NCBI GenBank assembly: GCA_965202585.1
Contig: OZ241828.1
Span: 79,050,001 to 79,114,000, forward strand
Reading direction: 5' to 3'
Origin: Thalia democratica
Taxonomy: Eukaryota
DNA length: 64,000 nucleotides
This document shows, one piece after another, positions 10,161 to 20,884 of the stretch. How positions within the stretch are numbered: position 1 is the first letter of the stretch; each line of letters begins with the position of its first letter. Made by a program: the position numbers and the translations under genes. A model generated the notes under the pieces. It was given only the letters and a program-made list of their open reading frames with translations. It did no database searches and was not told the origin of the DNA.

Positions 10161-10680
10161 TAACTCTTGATACTTATAATAAGTTAAGATATATTCAAAA
10201 CAATGATAGTAGAAAGGGTTATTGTTTTTTGAAACATGTAATATAAAAATATTACAGACTTCAAAACCTTCTGTTATCATTTTCGGTTTTGAACTATAAA
10301 GATAATACTTTTCAACTAATTTTAATATGTTTAGGTATTTCTCTTTTCTATATAAACTATTTTTGAAGTTAAAAAATAAAAATATAATATTTATTGTAAA
10401 AATAAACCTTTAGTTAATTTAATTTCTATTTAATATTTTTATTTTTTTATATTATAACAAGTTAAGATATATTCAAAACTATGATAGTAGAAAGGTATAT
10501 TGTTTTTGAAACATGTAATATAAAAATATTACAGACTTCTAAACCTTCTGTTATCATTTTCGGTTTTGAATTATAAAGATAATACTTTTCACTAATTTTA
10601 ATATGTTAAGGTATTTCTTTTTTCTATATAAACTATTTTTGAAGTTAAAGAATAAAATTATAATATTTATTGTAAAAAAG
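10161..10680. repeat. 278-bp AT-rich tandem repeat, ~2 copies
   Basis: aagttaagatatattcaaaac recurs at 10,181 and 10,459. Confidence 0.92.
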
Positions 10681-12444
10681 ACCCAGAGCTAATTTTATTT
10701 CACAAATATGTGAGATTTTGTTACCAAGTACTGAAATTATTTATAACGGATAATTATAATAGAAAATCTAGAAGCTTAGGCAAGAAATATAGTTTCAAAA
10801 AATAAAACGAAACTAAATACCAAGTAAAAAATAAAATAAATATGAACCAGATACAATGCAGTTTTATTAGTAACATAGACAAAACGTTTCTTTTACATAA
10901 AATAAGTTATTTTCTGATTAGTTTCAAGTTTTAATATTGTTGAAAATAGCGATCAGTCATTTTACGCAATTTAATTATGTTATAGGCAGTATAAATATTT
11001 ACATTTTTCTACTATAAAACACTTCAACTAATTGTTTGCTTTTGCAACATTAGTATGTTGTTGTTTAGAAAATTATTACTGTGTTACTTTAGAAAGTTTA
11101 AAGAAAAGTTAGTTAGAAAGTTTTACTTGTTATACGTTACTTTTCTAGATTAACATTTTACTTTTTAGAATTAATTAAGTTCTACAAAAGTGTAAAACAT
11201 ATAAAACTTTTTATACATACTTTATTTCCTTTTTTCTAACTATTACAAACGGATAGTAATGTAGAACAACGTATTTGTTTTATTTTTAGAATTTTTTAAT
11301 TTCGATTAAACTTCATTCAGGACAAAAATGAGATTTTTGAATAATTTATAAACTAAATTTTACCCAATATTTACAACCTAATCGATACTACAACTAAATT
11401 AGCTTAGTACTGAAAAACATTTTATAACATAACTTTTAAAAACTAACAACTATTGACGTGAATAAACCTTTCAACTACAACTTATATAATTTGCAGTATA
11501 ACTTATATAAATACATGTTTTTATAATTAGTTGCATTAATAAACTCTTTTTATTAATATACGACATGAATGACTTAATTTCTAAACTAAGGCTCGAAACA
11601 ACTAACCTTGTAATGAATTAAAAGTAATTCTATCATAATTATAAGTAATTACATTAATAGTTTACTTTTATTACTATAAAATATCCATTTTTTAACTAAT
11701 TAGTCAACTTGTAGTGTAATTTAAGTAATTTTATTTTAAAGCGTAGTAATAATACTATCAAAAAGTCGAAACTTAAATCAGCGAATACATGTAGAATCAA
11801 GAATAATTAAATGCATTAAAACAATCAATTGCATTTAAAATTGGGATTTTATATTAATGAATAAACTTTAGATAACTACTCAAAATATAAATTTAAGTGT
11901 ATGTCAACAACAGATCCTGGTAAAACAACTTCATTGGAATATAAAATAAATAAAAATCTTACAGTAATCTAACTTTATTGTACCAAAATATGTTTCTGTG
12001 TGTTAACGGATTAACACACTTCAACTGGATTATGTAAAAATTAAATACTGTAATGAAAGAAATGAAAGAATAGAAGCTAAAGTAGGTCTAGATTAAATTA
12101 GACTTAATAATTACAATTAATATAAAGTTTTATAACAGTCGGATTTAACATTAAGTATTTTAGCTATTATTAACTATTAACCTCTAAAAATCTATAGAAA
12201 TTACTTTTATTTTAATGAATACATGTATACACCTACTTTAGCTTCTACTCGTAACTTTATTTAGATTACTGTATAATTTGTAGGCTTTAAATAAACATCG
12301 TAATACTTTTTTTTAAATATATTCTGTGAGAAGCATGAACTTTATTATTACAGTTTTAGATAAAAAATAGAACTATAGTTACACACAATCAATCTGTCAT
12401 ACTAGTTGTAATTTAATTTAGTAATTAATTAATTGTTTTTTAAT

Positions 12445-13340
12445 AGAACTATGTAACTGCAAAAACAAAAAACATCTTCTAGTTATGAACAAATGTAAAT
12501 CCATAATTTAATCTACAAAGCAATTGCCTCATCTGAGAAAAATTAAAATATGTCATTTATTGGATCCACTCGAAGACTTTTCAAGAACAGATTCTACGAA
12601 AGTCGAACATAGAGCATCATTTCCTAAACCAAGCAAGAAAAAGCCCTTCAACTGCCAAACTCGCCAACTACATATGAAAATTGTATGAAAAAGACGAAAA
12701 ATACACAATTAACTGGAAATGACTTAGACAAATCAACAGTATATTCAAACCAAACTTCAGTGCTCATTATGTAACCTACAAAGACTATACATAGCAAGTG
12801 CTAAATAATAATAATGAACTGGTTACACAGTGCCCTCATTACCCAAGGGAATATTTTTAGTTGATTCTTAATCGCATTAACTAAGTGCATTTTATTCTAT
12901 TTAATTAGTTGCTTCGTTATATTTATGTTTCAATTGGGTATATATGTTCGTTTTTAGATATACAACCTTTTCGTAAAAGACTATTTTTGGTTTTTAAAAT
13001 CCCCTATAAATCCTAATGTTTACAATTTTCAAAGCTTACTATGTAAAAAATATTGTTTTAATCTTGTACAAAACTAATTTTTTTTATAATGTACTTAGAT
13101 GATGTATAGTTAACAGAAGACAACAACTAAACTTACCTATATTTCGTTTTATTTTAATTTTTGTTAACTGCATGTTAATGGGCAGTCATATTTAAAACTT
13201 AAAATTATTTGTACGGGTGTATTATTTATAATTGCGTTATAATAATTCATGGCTATGCATTTTTTGTTTTTAAGCTTTTGTTTGCGTCTGACGAATTGCT
13301 CTGCAGAGAAACGGCGTAACGCAATAAGTTAAACAATAAA
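12445..13340 (+). mobile_element. 3' remnant of the Penelope-like element (about 2 kb deleted relative to unit 2 copies)
   Basis: From agaactatgtaactgc onward it matches 35,740 onward (Cys-rich linker, GIY-YIG relic, 3' region with hammerhead motif). Confidence 0.85.
13282..13324 (+). ncRNA. Minimal type I hammerhead ribozyme motif (best-preserved copy)
   Basis: Stem I TTGCGT/ACGCAA; core CTGACGA; stem II (T)TGC-tct-GCA(G) with A.A at 10.1/11.1; GAAA; short stem III AC-ggc-GT; predicted cleavage after GUA at 13,318. Confidence 0.72.
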
Positions 13341-14196
13341 TTAGTATATTATTATATCAAATTTAAAAACAAGTTTTAGTAATAAGTAATAAGTTTTCAA
13401 ATAGTTCTATGCTTTGTGTACATCTAAAAGCGTGCTGTTAAATTTTTTTAGTTATAACACAGAATAGGAAAAACAATTCATAACTTTTTTCAAGTACTTA
13501 TTTTCGTCAAAAAATGTTTTATATTTTTTTATTTTAACTTGCACTAAACAGTACGTTAAAGTTTAAATGTTTGTAAAAATATTCTATGTGCTCTTTTAAC
13601 TAGTAAAAAGTTAAATTGTTCAGCTTAAACTATACAAACAGCATACGATTATAAAGTATATACTTTCTTCGATATCCTTAATATTAACGCCTTTTAAAAA
13701 CATCTTAAAAACATTAAATGTCCAAAAAATTGCATTGAATATTGGGCAAGCAGTTTTATTATTTAAAAACCATTATAATGTACGTGTCGGATTTGCACGT
13801 TGCATCTTTTATTTCAGAAATTTATTATGGACTCTAAAAAAATAAAGCGTTTCATTTTCAAAATCCTTTACTACAGGGTTTTAGCAGCATTTATATTAAA
13901 TAAATATAAAAACCTATTAATTTTTATAACCATTGATTTTTTAAATATCTAAACAAAACATAATCTTTGACAATTTAATCGAATCACGGAATTTTTTTTT
14001 AAACTTAAAGGGCCACAACTCAAAAAGTATCTTTACATTAAAAATGCGTATGTGAGCTTTTTAATACCAAAAAAACTTTTTTTTTATTAAGTATTTGTTG
14101 AGATATGGATAAAATAAGTTTTGTAATATAGTAATTTTAAAATTTATATTAATAATTTTTTCTAAAATTAAAAAAAAAAATTCCAGGCATTTCTAA

Positions 14197-14565
14197 GACC
14201 AAGGGTCGGCAAATTGCGGCCGCAAGCAAATGTAGCCAACTAAACTAAACTATACTTTACGTTGATATTTTGTAGGATATTCAGTGTATTATGGTTAAAC
14301 CATGTTTAAAAGATTTCCATAAGTTTATTAAATTTAAGGTTTAGACTTAAAAACTTGGATAAGATTGATTAGAGTAGTGGTTTTTCCTTAAATGGCAATC
14401 TTAAATTTAGTCCAAAAAATATGTAGAGTTTTAACAGGCATTCCGTGTGTAGGTAAAAGTCATTTATAAGGACAAAATTAATGATACAAAACTTTTTTGT
14501 GTCTGACTAAAGCTAAAGCCAATACAATATTAAAGTACCACTAAAACTAAAACTGCGGCCCGCAA
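14197..14565. mobile_element. hAT-like MITE relic (copy at ~46,196-46,565; related gcgggcc motifs at ~7,600-7,920)
   Basis: ccaagggtcggcaaattgcggccgc resembles the CAGGGGTCGGCAAACTGCGGCCCGC end of hAT MITEs; internal aaactgcggcccgc. Confidence 0.33.
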
Positions 14566-15583
14566 AGATTTTAAACATTTAACTACTATAAGTTGAAAAC
14601 ATATTCTTAAAAGCGAAATGGTAATTTTACAAGCATTGATATAAAAATCTACAACCATAATAAAAAAAAAAGAGTATAGCTTGTTTATTAAAATGAATTA
14701 ACTTTTTTGGTTGAATCTTAGTTTAAGGCTAGAAACTGTGTTAAGTAGTATAACAACATTGTAAAGATATAGTAAATCTACGTTATTTTGTTTTTTAATT
14801 TAAAAAAGTTTTATGATGAAAAAAGTCTACATATATATGGTATATTTTTCGTGCCAAATTTAAACTTTACTACTTAAAATTATTTTTTTTTTAAATTCCA
14901 GGACTTTTAGTAATTTTCGTTCAAAATTCCACATATTTCTGAAGATTTCTCAAATTCAAGGTTTTTAAAGGATTCAAGGTTAAGTGGCCATCCTGCTATA
15001 TGTAAACAAACACTAGTTGAGAATATATAATAAAAACGAAAATTCTTTTTTATACAGGTTGAACTGTATCAGTGAAACACATTTTGTAAATGTTTTAATA
15101 ATGTTGAAATTCGATACAATAATTTAGATACTTAAACAGTTGTAACAGCGAAAATGCATACGACATTTGGTTAAGGAAAATAAAATTGAGTAACAGGGAT
15201 GCTGCTTTTTGAGTCAAAAAATTGTCCTGAGTGACCTTAAAGTGGGTAGGTGTCAAATTCGCACGAGCGGACAAACTTTTCATGAGGCTAAAACAAACGA
15301 AGGGAATAAACTGCACGAAAGCACTTTTGCACGAGGGGACGTAATTCCATAAATAGACATTTTTTCAGTTGAATTTTTCATTTGTTTATTTTTTATAACT
15401 TAACTTTTCTTTTAATTTTTACTATCACTGTTACCCCTAACCTTTACCATCGATCTGTAGCTTTCTTTTTTCTTCTTCTTAATTAATTTTTTTTTATTCA
15501 TTCATTTTTATTGTTTTTTGTTTAATAATTTTTTTTAGTATGAAATTTATCAAATTGAGTTGTTAAAGCAAACAATTATTTAC

Positions 15584-15793
15584 CTGACAAATATCCTTCA
15601 GATCGTTCAGCTGATCCACGATATCACTCCTCATCGTGTTTTGCTTGCCCTGCTCATCTTGATTTCGTTCAGCTTCCTCGCTGCTTCCACCTGGTTGGCG
15701 TCTGTTCCCTTCTCGAGTGAACTTCTTCTCGGGTTGCTTCACCTCGCCCTTCGCCGTCACCCGCGTCTAAACTTCATCCTTTGCTGCCTTCAC
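15584..15793 (-). pseudogene. Orphan 210-nt exon (phase 0-0), copy with in-frame TAG
   Basis: accag|GTG AAG GCA...TGT CAG|gtaaat; GC-rich; codon 9 is TAG where the paralogue has TGG. Also at 47,583-47,792. Confidence 0.7.
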
Positions 15794-17791
15794 CTGGTGT
15801 TTGAATTTATAATAAAATTTAAGAATTTTTGAAAGTATTATAGCTGCAAAGGTTTTAAGTTAGATCAATTAATTTCTATAGGCGTAGACTTCATCCTGTA
15901 GTGTAGCCAAAAATGTGTATTTGCTATTTTGAAATGCGTAAAATGACTGTTTATGCACGGTCTCAAAATAAAGTATTATTTATAATTATTACTTTGGGCT
16001 TCTTGTCTCTTTTCTTTTTCAAAAATTAAGTTTTATTGTACTGAAATCCCGAAATAATTAATTTAAATTCAACAAGAAAGCACAACATAGTTCGTATAAA
16101 CTCATGGTCTAATTAAATCTTAAAGGCGAGTGAATACATCAGAACACACTTTCTTCAGCAGCTTTACATTCAAAATCATTTAGTATGAATGATTGTGCTG
16201 TGAATTGTTTTAAAAAGAAGCTGTTATAAAAGTTTTTGTTTGAAGTACAGTTGTTTTTTTTTGGTGCTATCAGTCTTAATTTGTAAAGAGTAAGAAAAAA
16301 GATACGATTTACGAGAAATTTCGTGCTTACAATAGATGTTTTAGGGTTTGTGAATATTAGTGAAAAAAACTCAAGACACAATTTACGGACTATTTGAAAC
16401 TTAAACTAGATATTCTAGGATTTAAACCGAAAATTTGATAAAATGGAAAGTGATATAAACTCTTCGGGAAATAACTATAAAATGACACAAGAATTTTACA
16501 TTACACATTCTGGAGTTTTAAAGAAAAAAAAGTCTTAAGTAGAATTTACCAGATATTTAAAAATTACATTAGAAATCATTGGCTTGGCAATTTTAAAAGC
16601 TTACACCATACACCAGATATTTTCGGTATAAATATTATAACTAAAAACAAGTCGAGTTTTAAACATAAATTGTATACCTTAAGTTAAAGTGGCATTTTTT
16701 ATAAAAGAATATTGAATATAAAACTTTTAAGAATTATACATTAAACAACCTAACAAAAATACATAAACTAAAAAGCAGAATTTTAAAATTATAAGTACAA
16801 CAATTGCTAGAATACCTACACTAATACAATTTTACAAACAAAACAGAAAAAAGATTGTTAAACCAAACTTCCGTCTGTAATATACCACAAAAATTAAGTA
16901 GATAAATCTATCTTAAGTATAAAATCAAATTCTACATAATTAATTTCAAATTAACAAGAATCTAAATAACTGGCTAAAAAAATTACAAATTTAAACCGTG
17001 CTATAGACTTCTTAAGCTCGAAATGGTAAAATATTTACCAAGCATTGCCGAAAACGAATTAATAGAAGCATTAAAACTTGCAAAAAAACCTTACTGAAAA
17101 TATACAACTAAGTTAAGTTTGTTAAACATTATTGTGAAAAATAATTATAGTCTATTGTAACACGACCTGTAAAAAAAACAAATTCAGATAACCTTTTCAA
17201 TATAACAAGGTTGCCTTAGATCGAGCGGATAATTCTTAGCTAAAACCGATTCAAAAATATGTATCTAAAGACTTAAAAGACTTTAATTTATTGCGAAAAT
17301 TCAATTAGACCTTAAAAAGTGTAAAGTGAAAAGGCAAAACTTTATCAAAAATAAAATCAGATTAATGCATTCTGTGGTGATGACTAACTTTCTTATTAAA
17401 AGCGTGTTTATATTAATTTCCTGACTTTTTTTACCATCATTATTTCCTGAATTTCGTCTTTTTTAATCGCTTTTGTTTGGATTTCGTTAATTTTGGCATT
17501 TTTAAACCTTTTTTTGGACTTTAGTTTTTGTTTTGGCAATCTTAATACAAGCTTTAATTCCTACAATGTTGTGCTAAAGTCCACAATTTATTATACTTTT
17601 ATTTATCAAACGAAACAAGTTAAAAAAAATTTTATCGGCTTTGGTCTTTATAGGGATGACCGCTTAAGAACTTAAGATGCAAGATTAGCAAAAAAATTGC
17701 TCACACTGCCAGCCTGACGAATACCCTTCAGTTCGTTCAGATGATCCACGATACGAAAACTATTAAATAGTTAGAGCAAACAATTATTTAC

Positions 17792-18001
17792 CTGACAAAT
17801 ATCCTTCAGTTCGTTTAGCTGATCTACGATATTACTCCTCATCGTGTTTTGCTTGCCCTGCTCATCTTGATTTCGTTCAGCTTCCTCGCTGCTTCCACCT
17901 GGTAGGCGTCTGTTCCCTTCTCGAGAGAACTTCTTTTCGGGCTGCTTCACCTCGCCCTTCGCCGTCACCCGCGACCAAACTTCATCATTCGCTGCCTTCA
18001 C
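17792..18001 (-). pseudogene. Orphan 210-nt exon, open copy; charged, possibly helical, family not recognised
   Basis: accag|VKAANDEVWSRVTAKGEVKQPEKK...DQLNELKDICQ|gtaaat; no partner exons forming an intact gene. Also at 49,791-50,000. Confidence 0.65.
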
Positions 18002-19105
18002 CTGGTGTTTGAATTTATAATAAAATGTATGAACTTTTAAAAGTGTTTTAGCTGCAAAGGTTTTAATTTAGATCAATTAATTTCTATAGGCGTAGACTTC
18101 ATCCTGTAGTGTAGCCATAAAATATGTATTTGCTATTTTGTAATGCGTAAAATGTCATTTTATGCCTTCTTGAAACACAATTATGACATAATAAGTATAT
18201 TAGTTTATATATTTAGAATATACTGGTCATTAATATAATTTGTATTAGCTATAAATGGAACTGTTTTATTATATCAAAACTATTTGTAACACCAGGTTAT
18301 ATCAAAAAATTAATTAGTTACAAAATAATTGTTGTTCAAAGTCCTTTTTAGTTATAGTTTGCTAAATGTTTGTTATGAACTTTAATAACAAACGCATAAC
18401 AATACAATTAAAACAATGATTATTTTAAAGTTGAATAATCTTTAAACAAATGAAAAATAAAATTTTTTTACTATTATTTTTTTAATGCCACTACCACGTT
18501 ACTTGTCCATTAACTTACATATCCAATATATATTATTATTTTAAACCTTTCCATATAAATATAGTTTTAAGATAAAAATAATTAGCTTAGTTAGTTTTGT
18601 TATCTACAGTATTACCTTAATTATATGATTTTTACAGATTGAAAACCAAAGTAGTTTCTAAACAACAGTAATTTTTTGATATATTTCTAGACATGTAAAT
18701 TTACAAAGAAGATAAAACTGCTTGTAGATTTAAATTTAATTTAAATTCATACTACTTATTGAAACATAATAAAAGACTACATTAATCATAATTGTAGGAA
18801 TTTGAACTGATATGTACTTCATTTCATTAGTGAATGTAAGTAAGAACTCGATAAATAAAATAAATTTTACGACAAGCTGAATTAATGAGTTGCCAGTTTT
18901 AAAGCAACAAATTTTTCTATGCTTATATAATAATCTACTTTTATACAAACAAAAAATTGGTGCAAATTGTTAATATAATATACCAACTTGTATTTTTACA
19001 AACAAATAAATGTATTGATACTTACAAATAACAAAAACCACTTGCTATTTAGTTTACTTTATAATAACCTTATAAAGTATTCAATAAAAAAAAGAAACAG
19101 CAAAC

Positions 19106-19284
19106 CTTCGTCGCCAATATCAGAGTCTTAATCACTCGAAGACGGCCAGTCATGAAATTGCTGCCAGTACTTACTTCTGCACCTACTAGCTGGATGGCTT
19201 CTTAACTGGTTCGTTTTCGTCGCTCGAATCGTCAGTTGATTCCTTTTATCGATGAAGAGCTGGCAGTTGCTACCTTCTTGGTTG
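19106..19284 (-). pseudogene. Decayed 179-nt exon with Ser/Asp/Glu and Lys/Pro/Ala tracts
   Basis: tatatag|CA ACC AAG AAG GTA GCA...GAC GAA G|gtttg; pieces ATKKVATASSS, ESTDDSSDENEPVKKP, SSSD.DSDIGDE broken by stops and frameshifts. Also at 51,105-51,283. Confidence 0.55.
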
Positions 19285-20884
19285 CTATATAATATAATTG
19301 ATTCTTAATTTGGCCTTTATCACAACTGTTATTTTGCTTTTTACTTGTGGACCAAACGATTTTATTTCTGTGGCAATAAATATATTCAACTAAAATTAAT
19401 TTCTACACATTTCTTTTCAGGAGACCTTTCTGATTAAAAACAAGGGGTGCACGACTATTCAAATTTCAATTATTAAAATTTCTAAAAAGGTTTAAAGGGC
19501 AACAATTAAAAAAATAATGTTTTTAAGAAAAATATGAACAAGACATTTAAGTCTTATTAATATCTACAAGTCATTTTACCCTTTTTTGCAAAACTTTAAA
19601 TGTTTTTTGAAATACGGCTAACTTAAGTTTTAAAATTTACAAATTTATAGTAACTATTTAATATCTCAAAAGACTTTTCAAACTTTACAAACAAGATTAA
19701 ACAGCTTATTTATTTTAATAAGACCAACATACAGATTTTTATTTAATTTAAATATTTTTTACTTATTGAGCCATATTAATTGTCTTAATTTTACTTATTG
19801 TCTCTTAAATAACTATTTTAAGAATTTGACTTTAAACTTGAACTCTTATGTAACTAAAAACCAGAAACTTTTATTATTCAAAGTTACTGCACATAAAACA
19901 AAGCTATTTTAATTTGTATGTATAAATATCGAAATATTTAATAAGTTAAGAAGAGAATTTCCAAAGTTCTTTAGTAGTACAACAACAAAAAAAATTACTT
20001 AAACTATATGCAGTAACTTTTCCAAAGTCAAATATTTTATTGTAGATAAGACTTCATACTCACTAAATGTTTTGAGTAAAACATTATAAGAGATTTCAAA
20101 ATATCAAAAAATTATCTAGCATGTTGTTGCACCAATATAAAGCTGAAATTATATAGTTAGCCTTACATTCATTCATATTTATATTCTATGTCAGTTTTTT
20201 CCAGAAGTGTTTTAATTAATGAAAATGCCAAAAAATGCATAACACACTTTATAGCCTTTAGCAATTACGAAGTATACAATATAATTAATAATAATATATA
20301 TGTATCACTAAACAAAAAACTGTTTTTTCGCTTAATGTTCAATTATGGTAGGAATGAGCTTAATACATAAAACTTAAAGCGATGTGTTGTTAAACAAAAA
20401 CCATTGGATATAAGTTTTGTTGGTTTATATCAAATAAATCTTATATGTTTATGTATTTAAATAGCTAAGCTTGTTTACAAAAAAATATCTTTTTAGACTT
20501 TTAAAAACATTGATTTTTAATCTAAAATTATAGTTATAATTAATCTAATATGTTAACGAAGCTAATAATTAACTACTATCTATAACAAAGCTAACTATAA
20601 AGTTTCAGTTTGATATTGGTGTGACATCATGCTACGTATTTACAAAAATATATATATTATTAGAGAAATTCAACTTTAGATGATAGTTTTAACAGACCAT
20701 ATATTTAATTGATAAATTAGGATTTTTAAAAATGTACCTTAAGAAAAAATTATTATTTTATGTAGCTAAGAAATATTAAATCTACTTATGAAATGAGATT
20801 AAAAAAATTTTCTAGTAATTTTAAAAACCTCTTTGGACCAAACCTTAAAAATGTTTTAAACTTAATATAAAGGCTCTGTAGGTA

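Noticed and set aside
15560-15832. Hydrophobic plus-strand ORF MLKQTII...(also 47,559-47,831)
   Set aside because: Antisense shadow of the purine-rich orphan exon; splice signals support the minus strand.
16100-17400. Possible highly decayed RT/PLE-like relic (e.g. KYLPSIAENELIEALKL)
   Set aside because: Only vague motif resemblance; needs BLASTX or HMM confirmation and cannot be supported by eye.
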